Shown: positions 23,601-37,570, counted from the first letter of the stretch. The stretch: DNA of 64,000 bases from Octopus vulgaris (GCA_951406725.2 OX597814.1:208878001-208942000), one strand, 5' to 3'. The notes: generated from the letters alone by a model not told the origin. Program-made: numbers and translations.

Positions 23601-25354
23601 TTTGCCCAAATTTAATTTTCCTTAATAGCATTATTTTCAGAAAGTGAGTTATTTCACTCGAATGTGACCTTTGTGTCAGGATACCAGAACCAAGCTGCGT
23701 ACATCGGTGGCTTATTTGATTCTCGTTCCCAATTAATTGATGTGGACAGTTGACTACAAGGGTGTCTGTTTTCATATCACAAAATAAACAAAAATGTATA
23801 AATATGAATGATTGAGTTATGTTGGTCTTTGTGCCAAGGATAAAATTCTGTGATTGTGTATATGACCTGTTAGAAATTATGAAACCTGTTTCATATCAAA
23901 AGTTGTAGAACTTTTTTTCTCCGAGAAACCTTATTTAACGTTCATTGCATGTTGTTAATCTTGTATTTTGGTTTTTCATTAAAAACCTACTCCTGCTATT
24001 ATACGAAATGTTTAAATAAACTAGGAATGCCATAAAGACATATATCTTTGCTTGAAAAAGCTGACAACAGAATTAATGAATAAATAGAAAATGTAGTCAA
24101 CAAATGACTTAATGAGTTTTTTTAACTGATTTTTTTCTAAGAATAACAATTGGATATTTGATTCTGGTATCATTATCTCTAGCTAAATTTTGGTCCTGAT
24201 CATGAATATCTATCGTCAGAGATCTTGAATGTATTAATTTACTTTCTAAATAAAAATATTAGCTCACAGCAGTGAGCTGCATTGAGATTAGATACAATTT
24301 AACAAACATATTGAAATAGAAGTGAGTATTCAAAAGTATCTCTTTATATTTCAGTACGGAATACTTTTAAACATCAAATTAAGACTTTAGAATATTATGT
24401 TCTGATATCTCTAAACACTTCCATTTCTAAGTCATTTGGTGCTTTGGCGATGATGGTACCTAAATTTGTGTAGTTGAAAAACTAGTCTAAGTACAAGGTC
24501 GTGTTTTTTTAAAAAAAACGTCAGCAAGCTTCTCATTTTATTCTTCATTGAGGAAGTCTTGGACTGCTGTGCAATTTTTTTTTTTCTGTTTGTGATGTCT
24601 CATATCCTTAATGATTTACTTCTATCATGTTCATTAGTTGTTTCCTAGTTGACGAGAGTATTTGGCTGGAAGTTTCTGAGACTGTTTTACATATATATAT
24701 AAACATCTACATATATATACACACTCACACTCACGTATATATATATACACATATGCATATATTTGTTTATACACACACACACACACACACACACATACAT
24801 ATATAATACACACACATGCATGTAGTTACATACACACATATATACATATTGAGGGAGACATGTGGGGGGTAATTTATTTTTGCTTCAGTAAAAAAATAAA
24901 ATATTCAGATCGTATTGCTTTGACATATCACACAAGATTCCGGTATTTCTTCAGATATGTTCTTTTGATAATTTACATAGTTGATTTAGTTCCTAGAAAA
25001 ATTTTGTGACTTGTTTACTCAAAGAAAAATATCTGACAACTACTTGTGCTTTTGATAGTCACTGGACTTTAAATTGATATGGTCTCTACATACTGCTTTA
25101 TGAACAAGAAAAATCATTTTGTGAAATTGGTGATAATAGATACATTGTTCATATATTGTTTGTAATACTAATAATTTCATTTAATGTGTCAGTTTACATT
25201 TTAAGTTTTGCACACAGAGAGGTTGGTGCCCGATAGAACTATTGAAAAGAGGACCCTGAAATATTGTGTATAGTTGTCTGGATAACACCTGGTGCCTGCT
25301 TGTGTCTGGTACGCAAAGCTTTCATCTAATTGGTAAGATTTGCATTTGTGAGTT

Positions 25355-25560
25355 ACTCTTTACTCTTTTACTTGCTTCAGTCATTTGACTGCGGCCATGC
25401 TGGAGCACCGCCTTTAAGTCGAGCAAATCGACCCCGGGACTTATTCTTTTTGTAAGCCCAGTACTTATTCTATCAGTCTCTTTTGCCGAACCGCTAAGTG
25501 ACGGGGACGTAAACACACCAGCATCGGTTGTCAAGCAATGCTAGGGGGACAAACACAGAC

Positions 25561-25614
<54 letters not shown>

Positions 25615-25772
25615 GAACTACAGGCTTCTTTCAGTTTCCATCTACCAAATCCACTCACAAGGCATTGGTCGGCCCGGGGCTATAGCAGAAGACACTTGCC
25701 CAAGGTGCCACGCAGTGGGACTGAACCCGGAACCATGTGGTTGGTAAGCAAGCTACTTACCACATAGCCACT
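25355..25772 (-). mobile_element. SINE family A
   Basis: Family match. Confidence 0.9.
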
Positions 25773-26355
25773 CGTTTGTAAATAAATGACTTAATATGCT
25801 ACTCATCATCATCATCATCATCATATAATGTTCATGTTTTGGTTGGATGGATGTTTGATGAGACAGTTTATATGGCTAGATGCCCTTCTTGTTTGCAGTT
25901 GTCACTTGTTTCCATGTATGGGAGTATTCCCCAAAAGCCAGACATGTTTCCACAGAAGATGGGGGAATGGACACTGTTTGCACGAGGGTGACCTTCGCTT
26001 ACAACTATCATGTGATGTCAAGGCAAGGAAGCAGTCTTCCTCTCTCTCTCTCTATCACACACACACACACACACCTTCTGGATTTCTTTCAGTTTCTGTC
26101 TGCCACATTCATTTACAAGAACTTTGCCCAATGTGCGATGGAGTGGGATTGAACCCAGAAAAATGGGGTTGAGAAGTGAACTTCTTACCGTGCAGCCACA
26201 CAATAGTATTCCTCTTTTAAAGAGCGTTAAGATATTAGCTCAACATGATCCTGCTGTCAGGATACCAGGAGAAAAATTGTTTTTGTTGTTGTTATTGCTG
26301 GTGGTATTGTTGTTTAATCCATGTCAGCCTTATTAATAAAGCAGGTCTATGATTT

Positions 26356-26395
<40 letters not shown>

Positions 26396-26507
26396 TGTAC
26401 TTTCATAGCAATGACTTAAATGGCTTATAAACACCTTCCATGCTGCAATTGTTATATTTGTTTGATTTGCCTAATAGTGGTTTTATCTCTAATTTAATAT
26501 ATATATT

Positions 26508-26880
26508 ACTCTTTACTCTTTTACTTGTTTCAGTCATTTGACTGTGGCCATGCTGGAGCACTGCCTTTAATCGAGCAACTCGACCCCAGGACTTATTCTT
26601 TTTGTAAGCCCAGTACTTATTCTATTGGTCTCTTATGCCGAACCGCTAAGTGATGGGGACGTAAACATACCAGCATCGGTTGTCAAGCAATGCTAAGGGG
26701 ACAAACACACACTCACACATACATATATATACGACAGGCTTCTTTCAGTTTCCGTCTACCAAATCCACTCACAAGGCTTTGGTTGGCCCGAGGCTATAGT
26801 AGAAGACACTTGCCCAAGATGCCACACAGTGGGACGGAACCCGGAACCATGTGGTTTGTTAGCAAGCTACTTACCACACA
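26508..26880 (-). mobile_element. SINE family A
   Basis: Family match. Confidence 0.9.
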
Positions 26881-27604
26881 TGGCTTAGTCATGAATAAGG
26901 GTTTCTTCCATGACCTTCCTGCTGGAAAGAAAATAGGAATTTATTTTAAAACCTTATTCTGTCTTGAATGCTCACATCTGGAGGGACTTCACTGAAGGAT
27001 CATGAACCTGGTGGTCAAGTTAAACTGGATGACAGTTTAAGTATGTCACTCAGTCTAGCCATGACTATTTTCATATTTAAAAGGAAAGGAAAAAATCTAT
27101 CTAGGATTATAGTACTGAAAATAGCTTCTACTTTTTAAACTGCAAGATATGATCTAAAGGCTGTTTGGCTGTTATTTGTTGCAGGTTAAAGGACCATAGA
27201 GAAGTTCCCATGTTGGTTTGATTATCAGTAGTAAGTAACATCCCAAGGCAATAATATTTCAGTTGTAAATATTGTAAAATAACACCAGTGCTGAGATAGT
27301 AATGTCAGTAAGTTCATCCGAGATAATTGAATAATAAATAGTTTTGCTTGGAGCAATGTATGAAGTTCTGTTACACTGAGGGCCAACTCATATTGTTGAT
27401 CAGTTATGTTCTTCCTCGTTAGAAGTTGTTTTTACTTGTCTGAATCTGATCTTTTTATAATTTCAACGAGGCATTCTTTCATTAATTTTACTTTGTGCAT
27501 TTGACTGTTCATGGCCAACTGTTGTAGTAAGACTTCACAAAAATATGTATCTTTTTACACTGCTTGAAGAAACTAATCACAGAAATACATATATTTCACA
27601 TAAG

Positions 27605-28031
27605 AAAACCATCCGAACGTGGCCGTAGCCAGTACCGCATCGACTGGCCTCCATGCTGTGGGCACATAACAAACACCATCCGATCGTGGCCGTGCCAGCC
27701 TCGCCTAGCCTCCGTGCCGGTGGCACGTAAAAAACACCATCCGAGCGTGGCCGTTTGCCAGCCTCGTCTGGCACCTATGTCTGTGGCACATAAAAAACAC
27801 CATCCGAGCGTGGCTGTTCGCCAGCCTCGTCTGGCACCTGTGTCGGTGGCACATAAAAAGCACCCACTACACTCACTGAGTGGTTGACGTTAGGAAGGTT
27901 ATCCAGCTGTAGAAACACTGCCAGATTTGACTGGGCCTGATGAAGCCTTCTGGCTTCCCAGACCCCAGTTGAACCGTCCAACCCATGCTAGCATGGAAAG
28001 CGGACGTTAAACGATGATGATGATGATGATG
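27605..28031 (+). mobile_element. RTE 3'UTR fragment with ~62-bp internal modules
   Basis: Repeated GGCAC(G/A)TAAAAAACACCATCCGAGCGTGG modules; (GAT)n tail. Confidence 0.85.
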
Positions 28032-28174
28032 ATATGTTTATTCAACATTTCATCCCTTCTGTTCATTCATTTCACATAGACATTCGTCATAGAGACATCT
28101 GATTTCTAGTTGCTTATGGTGCACTCACAGTGAACAAATATCTTGATCAGAGCAATTAAGATGTACCTTGTTAG

Positions 28175-28570
28175 TTCTCTTTTACTTGTTTCAGTCATTT
28201 GACTGTGGCCATGCTGGAGCACCGCCTTTAGTCGGGCGAAGTGACCCCAGGACTTATTCTTTGTAAGCCTAGTACTTATTCTATCGGTCTCTTTTTTCGA
28301 ACCGCTAAGTTATGGGGACGTTAAACACACCAGCATCGATTGTCAAGCAATGTTGGGGGGGACTAACAGATACACAAACATACACACATACACACATACA
28401 TATATACGACGGGCTTCTTTCAGTTTCCATCTACCAAATCCACTAACAACGCTTTGGTCGGCCCGAGGCTATAGTAGAAGACACTTGCCCAAAGTGCCAC
28501 GCAGTGGGACTGAACCCGGAACCATGTGGTTCATAAGCAAGCTACTTACCACACAGCCACTCCAGCACCT
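28175..28570 (-). mobile_element. SINE family A
   Basis: Family match. Confidence 0.88.
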
Positions 28571-28939
28571 ATGGCCACTCCTGTGCCTATTTACATTTAT
28601 TTATAACATGAATCACACTAAGGTATTTTAAGCTTCCTGGCAGTTTCACTACCTCAAGTAAGATAGTTATTTCTGGTGCATCTGTAGTCAGTCTTCTCTG
28701 GCAACCTGTCTATGATTGCAATGCCCTTCTTGTAGGATATATAGTTTATTTAGGATACATTGTTTGAATCTTCTACAAACCTCTTTTCTGCATATCAAGC
28801 ATGGCTATTTCTCAGATGGCATTGGAGTCCTGCATTCCTTTCTACTGACATTGGGTCTGCATAAACTAATGTTTTTATGAAAATCTGAAGATTATGTATG
28901 ATGCTTCACATCAAGTCTCTTCAACAGTGTAGTTGACAG

Positions 28940-30060
28940 TGCCCTTTCCAAGTCCAGAAACTTCCAATAGGTGGTTGGAAATTTCTGGACTCCTCTCAGC
29001 ACCAGCTACATTTACTGGACTCAGCAATTCATTGCATCCCACAACATCTACAAATAGCAGAACTGAAACAGGATTCCAACCACAGAAGAGACTGTTAAGG
29101 CTCCAGAGCAGCTGAAAAATGGAAAGGCTGTAGGAAATGAAAACCTACTGGAAATTTGGAAGAAATGGAGTTGAGGAAGGCAGCATTGTACACTAAACTC
29201 TATGAGTTGTTTGTCTGCTGGGAACAGGGTAGACTATCACAGGACCTCTGTGTTGAAGTCATCATCACTCTTTTGAAGAATGAGAAGGAAAAGTCTGATT
29301 GTTCCTAATCCCAGGCAGTATAACTCTACTCTCTAATTGGGAGGAAAATCTTTGCAAGAATACTCCAGAATAAAGTGAGGGCCATCATTGCAGAACTCCT
29401 CCCATAGAGCCAATGTGGATTCATATTCAATAAAAGCACCCACCTCTGGCATGGTATTTATTCTCAGGCAACCTCAAGAAAAATCTAGAGAACAGTTTAA
29501 GGGACTGTATATGGCATTTGCTGACCTTATCAAAGCATCTAATATTGTGAGTTGCAAAAGTCTCTGGGAGATCCTGAAATGACTTGTGTATCCTCCCCAC
29601 ATCAAATTCCTCAGCATGATCAGCCAGTTATTTGGAGATCGGTGTATTGAAGTCAGTCGCAATGAACTCTTAGAGTTTTTTCTGGGAGGGAATGTTGTAA
29701 AACAGTGCTGTCTCCTTGTGCTGACTTTCTTCACCATCTTTATGAGCATGATACCTGTAAGAGTCATAAAAGACTTCAGTGAGGGAGATTGTTTCTACTT
29801 TTCATGCTGTACCAGTGGTCACGTGTGTAGCCTAAGCTGACTTCACTTCCACACAAAGGCACAGGAACAACTCAAGCAGTCTTTACTCATTGTAAACAGT
29901 GCTATCCTATTGCCCATACAGAGTCTGTGCTGCAGAGGAAGCTGAGGTCTTCACACTTGAAGACAGCTTGAAGAAGACAGAAGTTCTCTATCAGCTGATA
30001 CCTCAGAAATATTAACCACTTTCTCTGCATAATCATTGGCAAGATAGAGCTGAAGTTAGT
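28940..30060 (+). pseudogene. degraded RTE reverse transcriptase
   Basis: ITLLS, IAELLP*SQCGF, MVFILRQPQEKSREQFKGLYMAFADLIKA and VKQCCLLVLTFF correspond to N-terminal and central RT motifs of RTE elements. Confidence 0.85.
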
Positions 30061-30109
30061 CCTTGAGTTAAGCTGTTTGGTAGGGGAGAGAGTGTACCAC
30101 TTTGTCAGA

Positions 30110-30700
30110 TGCCAAATTTGACAAATGTTGTACATGGCAGTGAAACATGGGCTGAGACTGCTGAAGACATGCGTAAGCTCGTGTGGAATGAAGCCAGTAT
30201 GATCCGATGGATGTGTAATGTCAGTGTGCATACTCGACAGGGTGTAAGTACTTTGAGAGAAAAGTTGGACCTAAGAAGCATCAGATGTGGTGTGCAAGAG
30301 AGACGACTGCGCTGGTATGGTCATGTGGTATCGAGAATGGATGAGGATAGCTGTGTGAAAAAAGTGCCACACCCTAGCAGTTGAGGGAACCTGCGGAAGA
30401 GGTAGACCCAGGAAGACCTGGGATGAAGTTGTGAAGCATGACCTTCGAACATTAGGCCTCACCGAAGCAATGACTAGTGACCGAGACCTTTGGAAATATG
30501 CTGTGCTTGAGAAGACCTAGCAAGCCAAGTCAGTCCATAACCTTGTGCCAGGGGTATAACCAGCCCACTTATGCGTACCTTCCCTTCATTGGACACTGCT
30601 TGCGAAGACCTGTTGAGGCAAGTGAAATCAAAATCAAATTCGGTGACTGTCATCTGTGCTAGTGGGACACTAAGAGCACCATCTGAGCGTGATCATTGCC
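30110..30700 (+). mobile_element. RTE LINE ORF C-terminus plus start of 3'UTR
   Basis: HGSETWAETAEDMRKL...RRLRWYGHV, then GRGRPRKTWDEVV in the next frame. Confidence 0.88.
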
Positions 30701-31229
30701 AGAAATAAAAAAAGTACTCACTGTATTATAGAGTATAGATATTTGTATTGGGTTTTTCACTCTGAGATATGTTATGTGACTGAGAAACACACATGATTAT
30801 CTGGATTCTTAATCCTGAGCATTGAATTGGTTACATTTTCCAGATCAGTACTCTGCAACCATTATGCTGTGGCACACAGGTGTGCCATGAGATGATGCTA
30901 GGTGTGCTGCAGTGTAACCTGAATATACTTTTTTCCCTATACTTTTAGTTATATTTCTAGTTCAGATGTTCTGCCGAATTTTGAAACGATTATAAGTGTA
31001 TAAGTGGAAAAAAGGTTTCAGAGCACTACTCTGAAGTGTCAGAATAATCAGACATGTTTTGTGCATCTGTGATAGTTTAAATAATGCATATTTGATGAGA
31101 TGTTAATACAAATACATAGACAGTGGTTATCTGATCATTTAACAACGAGGATTTGGTCAACTGAATTACCTGCTCTTGAATTAATGTGTAAGAGACTGAA
31201 CATTCCATTGGATGTCTTTCATCTTTCAC

Positions 31230-31655
31230 TGTTTTCAGTCATTTGACTGTGGCCATACTGGGGCACCACTTTGAAAGGTTTTAGTTGAAGGAATCAACCA
31301 CAGTACTTTTTTTTTATTAAGGCTGGTTCTTATTTGATTGGTTTCTTTTGGTAAATTGCTAAATTATGTGGACATAAACAAACCAACATGTTACCATGCA
31401 ATGGTGGGCGACAAACACAAAGTGAGATACACACACACACACACACTCACACACAGACACACACACACACACACGCATGCACACATATATACAATGAGCT
31501 TCTTTCAGTTCCCATCTACCAGATCCACTCACAAGGTTTTGGTCTGTCCAGAGCTATAGTAGAAGACACTTGCCCAACATGCCACACAGCGGGACTGAAC
31601 TCGGAACATTGTAGCTGGGAAGCAAACTTCATACCACACGGCCATACCTGTGCCT
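31230..31655 (-). mobile_element. SINE family A (diverged)
   Basis: Family match, older. Confidence 0.75.
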
Positions 31656-32147
31656 ACATCTGTACTCTTAACATAATTTTAAGGGAGTATCAGCATGACA
31701 CGGAGTCTGACAAGGCCGCACTTCATTCATAACGGGTAATGTCCATCCAGTGGGCTTCTATAAAGTTTCTGTCTATGATATGATTTCACCCATAAAATAT
31801 GGGTTGATCCAACTCTAAAAGAGAAAAAGACATTTTCCTAAAATGCCATGCAATGGAATTGAACCCAAGATCTTGAGGCAGCGAAGCAAACTTCTTAATC
31901 ATTCGACCATTCTAAACCTACATATATAAACACTTACACCATCACACACACACACACACACAAATGCATGCACACACACAGAGTCATTGTCATTATGATC
32001 ATTGCTACCATGGATTGAATTTGGGAGTAGCGTCAGGTAAAATGTCAACACTCCTTTTGGCACTGTGTAATCTTGTCTGTCGGAAGTGAAGCTGAACATT
32101 CTAAGATCTGACTTCCCTACTTCAAATAATATTTTCTTTGTCCAGAT

Positions 32148-32183
<36 letters not shown>

Positions 32184-32967
32184 GTGTCTATATATATCTC
32201 TTTGTGTATATATATATATGTGTGTTTATGTATGTGAGTATGTATGTGTGTGTGTGTATATATACATGTATGTATATGGGATATATGAATTTTCTGTTAT
32301 TCATCTGAATAATAGCTGTGGAAGTTAAAGAAAATGGACTATAGAAGCAAAGATCAATTTCTCTCGACGCTTTTGAAACGTTTTAGCTAACAATTCCCAT
32401 TATATTGCTGCTTATTTATTGAACAAGAAGCATTTTGGCATGAATTGACCATTTTAAATGCTTTAGCAATAACAGTGGAAAGTGAAAGCGACAACATATG
32501 TGCAGTCTATAAAAGCAAAAGAAAAGAAATAGAACAAAAGAAAAGGAAAAAAAAAAAAAGAGAAGAAAAATAATTAATAAAAAGAAAAAGAAGTGAAAGT
32601 AAAGAAAAATCTTTTGTCGTTTTCATGAATTGCCTTTATACAGCACTAGAAGATAGCTGAGAGTGAAGTCCATCTTCAACAGTGATTATTGATAGTATAG
32701 CATTTACTGTCAAAAGCCATAAGTTATATATAAATCATTGGAGGTTGCAAGGGTGGAATTAGGAGGAGATTTGAAATAGTCAATGGAAGAAGTAATTATA
32801 AAGAAAATTTAGTGGATCTCCTCCACCATTCTGACTGACTCTGTGTCACACAGAAAAACAAATAAAATATAAGAAATAAATGAGCCACAACAAAGGAAGA
32901 TAAACAAAATCCAAAATGAAAAGAATGAACAAAAGACTATATATATATGTATGTATATATATACATA

Positions 32968-33139
32968 CAGGTGCTGGAGTGGCTGTGTGGTAAGTAGCTT
33001 GCAAACCAACCACATGGTTCCGGGTTCAGTACCACTGCGCGGCACCTTGGGCAAGTGTCTTCTGCTATAGCCTCGGGTCGACCAAAGCCTTGTGAGTGGA
33101 TTTGGTAGACGGAAACTGAAAGAAGCCTGTCGTATATAT

Positions 33140-33175
<36 letters not shown>

Positions 33176-33372
33176 ATGTGTTTGTCCCCCTAGCATTGCT
33201 TGACAACCGATGCTGGTGTGTTTATGTCCCCGTCACTTAGCGGTTCGGCAAAAGAGATCGATAGAATAAGTACTGGGCTTACAAAGAATAAGTCCCGGAG
33301 TTGATTTGCTTGACTAAAGGCGGTGCTCCAGCATGGCCGCAGTCAAATGACTGAAACAAGTATAAAAGAGAG
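32968..33372 (+). mobile_element. SINE family A
   Basis: Full-length family match. Confidence 0.9.
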
Positions 33373-33584
33373 TATACACACACACACATAAGGTGCATAT
33401 ATAGCTGTCTGGTTAAGAAGTTTGCTTCAGAACCATTTAGTTTGAGGTTTGGCCTCATTGTGTGGGAACTGTCAGCCGGTGTCCTTTGGTTTATGGCCAC
33501 AAGTTGTTCAATGCCTTGTGATTGAAATTAGGAGACAGAAACTGGAAAAGATGTGTGTGTGTACACACGCACACACACACACAT

Positions 33585-33622
<38 letters not shown>

Positions 33623-33697
33623 ACACACAGATATCGAACAATGAAAATGAGTGCCCCACATCACATTGGCGGATAACAATTCTTATTTGTCAATTAA

Positions 33698-33920
33698 CCC
33701 TTTCGTTACCAACCCGGCTGAAACTGGCTCTGGCTCTGATTATAAATATGTCTTGTTTTCATAAGTTTTGAATTAAAATCTTCCACCAAACCTTAGTCAC
33801 AATTTATATTCCTAACACTAGCTTCATGACAACTAAGTTATTTTACTAAATTCTTTGTTATATTTAAAGTAATTGAAAGGAACACAGAGCATCTCAAAAT
33901 AAACTACAGTAACGAAAGGG
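33698..33920. mobile_element. piggyBac-type MITE (intact)
   Basis: TIR CCCTTTCGTTAC/GTAACGAAAGGG, TTAA on both sides. Confidence 0.92.
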
Positions 33921-34080
33921 TTAAAGCCACCACTGGTTTCCTGTTAAGGAAGCCCTTAACAATTATCAAGCCTATCATATGGAAAATCAGTGTTCATCTC
34001 CATTTTGGATTAAAACATGTCTGTCTGTCTGTCTATCAAACAAGCCAACCAACCAAATTGAGAGAGTGGAACAGGTAAAA

Positions 34081-34170
34081 TCCAAGCTACATATGTTTCT
34101 TAGCTAGCTGACCTTCAGATGTAATAATTACTCAGTGAGGGTACTCAACTTAGCTATTCATCAGGCCGGA
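34081..34170 (-). ncRNA. type I hammerhead ribozyme motif with extended stem II
   Basis: UCCGGC-CUGAUGA-a-UAGCUA...UAGCUA-a-GAAA-CAUAUG-UA-GCUUGGA: canonical core, stems I and II pair, palindromic stem III, GUA site. Confidence 0.7.
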
Positions 34171-34363
34171 ATACTTTTCAGCTTATCGAATTTCCTTGTA
34201 ATTTCAATATGGGAAAAAGTGTGTAACCTTCAATGATACCAATAAATTGTTATGGTTTTTGACTGCACACTGTCCTCTTTTTGTTTACTATACCTGCCAT
34301 GGACTGCTTGAAGCTTACAGACTTCCTACACTTGGATCCCTGTATTTTACCTTTATATGTTGA

Positions 34364-34419
<56 letters not shown>

Positions 34420-34510
34420 CATCCATCCATCCATCCATCCATCCATCCATCCATCCATCCATCCATCCATCCATCCCTCCCTCCCTCCCTCCCTCCCTCC
34501 CTCCCTCCCT
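34364..34510. repeat. compound microsatellite (ATCT)n(ATCC)n(CTCC)n
   Basis: Directly visible. Confidence 0.95.
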
Positions 34511-34810
34511 AATGGAGGCAATGACCGAGACCTTTGACATTATGTTGTGCTTGAGAAGAAGACCCATCATGCCGGGTAAAATTGCAGTCATGGCAGGTAC
34601 TGGTGCCATGCAAATGTCACCTGTGCTGGTGGCACATAAAAACACCCATTACACTTTTGGAGTGGTTGGCATTAAGAAGGGCATCCAACCGTAGAAACCA
34701 TGCCAAATCAGACTGGAGTCTGGTGCAGCCTTCCAGCATGCCAGCTCTGGTCAAACCGTCCAACCTATGCCAGAATGGACAATGGCTGCTAAATGGTGAT
34801 GATGATGATG
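34511..34810 (+). mobile_element. RTE 3' end fragment
   Basis: Matches 30460-30520 and the UTR family; (GAT)n tail. Confidence 0.8.
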
Positions 34811-35107
34811 ATATATACATATATGTCTGTCTTGACCAGGATGTTGTACACTGCTGGTCACAGTGCGCTTCCTTGCACAGTTCTAGTTTACAAATGATGT
34901 TACCCTGCTGGTTTGGTGGGTAGGCCAACATTCCCCACACAAGGGATGCCAGTCTATCACAGGGTTACCCATTTACAGCCGAGTGGACTGAAGCAATGTG
35001 AAACGAAGTGTTTTGTTCAAGAAAGCAACACACCGCCCAGTCTGGGAATTGACACCGCGATCTTGTGATCACGAGTACAGCACCCTCATCACTAGACCAT
35101 GCACTTT

Positions 35108-35142
<35 letters not shown>

Positions 35143-36133
35143 ATTTACCCTCATCTCTACATGCATTCACCGACTGTAAACAACAGTCTAACAGTTTATT
35201 CAAAGAGTGTCATTTGCGAAAGCACATATGAGATTCTCGACATGGTGTGTGATCTTTGTCAAACATGACTGCTTCAAGTCATTTGTTTCAATATTCCTAG
35301 ATAACCATGTCCAAGCTGTTTGTTTTTCAATAGACTAGTTGGGGTGGGGGGTGGGGCTATTACTTTGCTTGGAGACTGGATGAGGGCTGGCATTAATAAA
35401 AAGCACCCAGCTGTAGAAAACTGCCCCAACACTGTTTCTTTTGATCCATGCAGTCATGGAAAGTAGATATTAAAATGATAATGCTGATAATATACGAGGG
35501 TTTTTCATTGCAGTTTCTGTATGCAAATTTCACTCACAAGTCTTTGGTCAGCCTGGGGCTACAGTAAATAACATTTACCCAAGGTACTGCACAGTGGAAC
35601 AGAACCTGAAAGAATGTGGTTGGAGAGCAATCTTCTTAACCATACAGCCATTCCTGATTGGGCAACCACATAGCAGCCTACACAATCATTAGGTGAAGTG
35701 TGGTACCAACAGCCCTTTTTATCATTTTCCTATACTTGGCATTCAGTGCAGGTTATAGAGTCCCGTAGGGTACCAGGATTCCGTGTGAAATATTGCTGGT
35801 TTGTGTTCTGTCAAAGTATTGTTAAAGTAACATGGTAGAATTGGTTGAGTGTTGGAGGACAATATTTTGTGTTCTGAGTTCAAATCCTGCCTGGATGTTT
35901 TCTTTTTATACTTTGGAAAATGGAGTAAATATCAGTCTACAAGTAATTGTATTGGTTTATACAAAAGCCTCTGATCTTGAAAGTGGTGCTTTAGCATGGC
36001 CACAGTCCAATGGCTGAAACTGATAAATGATTAAAAGAATCCTTTTCATATTCTGTGTTCAAATTGTCTCTAAATCAAACTTTGCCTTTCATCATCTCAG
36101 CTTTGGCATTTTAATAGTACCAGTTATGCATTG

Positions 36134-36470
36134 GTGAAGGCGCATGGCTCAGTGGTTAGAGCATTGAGCTTATGGTTGTGAGGTTGTGAGCTTGAATCCT
36201 GGACTGGGCTGTGTGTTGTGTTCTTGAGCAAGACACTTTATTTCATGTTGCTCCAGTTCACTCAGCTGTAGAAATGAGTTGCGACGTCACAGGTGCCAAT
36301 CTGTATCGGCCTTTGCCTTTCCCTTACATAACACTGGTGGCATGGAGAGGGGAGGCCGGTATGCATGGGCGACTGCTGGTCTTCCATAAACAACCTTGCC
36401 CAGACTTGTGCCTGGGAGGGTAACTTTCTAGGTGCCATCTCATGGTCTGTGTCATGACTGAAGGGGGTCT
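36134..36470 (+). mobile_element. tRNA-headed SINE family E
   Basis: TGGCTCAGTGGTTAGAGC A-box; central GTGTTCTTGAGCAAGACACTT domain also seen reversed at ~34950-35105 and ~58710-58830. Confidence 0.7.
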
Positions 36471-37028
36471 GAGAGTTATGCATTGGTATTTATGCTAAAT
36501 TAACTATTCTCTACCTCCAAAAATCTGTGGCCTCACACTAACATTGCTAGTGGATGAGTGAATCAGCAGAATGAGAACACTCTTGTGAGAACACTCTTGT
36601 GTTTTGAGTGCAAATTCTGCTGCAGTCAGCTTTACCTCCCATTTTCTTTTGGTGGGGGCTTGATGAGATAAATACCTCTCAAGTTTTAATTGTTTGTTCT
36701 ACTGCACTACCAAAGCAGCCTTGTGCTGTTTATGTTAAAAATTATTGGCAAAAGTGTTACCTCTGGGTAAAATGCTTAGTGGCATTTTGTCTGTTTTTAT
36801 GTTCTGAGTTCAAATTCTGCCAAAGTCAACTTGCCTTTCATCCTTATGGTGTCAATAAAAAAGTACCAGTTGAACATGGGGGTTGATGTAATCAATTTAC
36901 TCCTCCTTCTAAATTGATGACCTTGTGCCAAGATTTGAAACCATTTCTATTATTATTATTATTATTATCATCATCATCATCATCATCATCAACATCATCA
37001 TCATCATCATCATTATTATTATTATTAT

Positions 37029-37557
37029 AGAGCAGTGCATGTCATCAAAGTGACACTAAGGTAAATTATACAAAGCCAAAATATTCATCATGACTACCTG
37101 TCTGATAAGGGTACACCAGACACATGCATCACAACCATATGTGCACAACATGGTCATCTCGTATCGAGATAAACAGTGCATGACCTTGCAAGTGGGGCCC
37201 CAGTTAGAATTTTCTTCAGGTCGAGTAGCCCATCCTGCTCAAAAGAGCCCTGAATGAGGGTTGTTGAACGAAATACCCATGTTTCTAGAGGTGAATTATT
37301 CAAACCTCAAAGAATTCCTCTCAACACATGGCTATGATGCTCCCCCACTACTTCTGCTCGTGATCAGAGATGCACATATCGTCAGCCACTAAGGGACTTG
37401 CTCGGCTGATTATGGTCAAACAACTGACAAGCAAATCTGTGGTATTGAGCAGAATATTTGCTGTTGCCCATCTTTTATACCAAGACAAAACAATGTACAT
37501 GATAACACTTCCAATCAGTTAAGATCAGAAGCCATGAGAACCACTGCCTGGTACTGC
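37029..37557 (-). mobile_element. (TAA)n-embedded ORF-less retroposon, copy 1
   Basis: Homologous to 37771-38272 and 40244-40346; shared left end, variable right end. Confidence 0.75.
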
Positions 37558-37570
37558 ATTATTATTATTA

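Larger units (their letters stand above)
18361..25215. repeat. locally multiplied unclassified ~1.4-kb unit: 18361-18797(+), 20818-21106(inverted), 21277-23070(+), 23825-25215(+)
   Basis: Copies align by eye, e.g. TGTTTCATATCAAAA in three copies and TTTTGTGAAATTGGTGAT in three (one inverted). No TIR, tail or TSD seen. Confidence 0.88.

Noticed and set aside
25215-25340. Possible exon ending TTG|GTAAGA
   Set aside because: All three frames have stops from the first AG and no recognisable homology; a short or non-coding exon cannot be excluded without RNA data.
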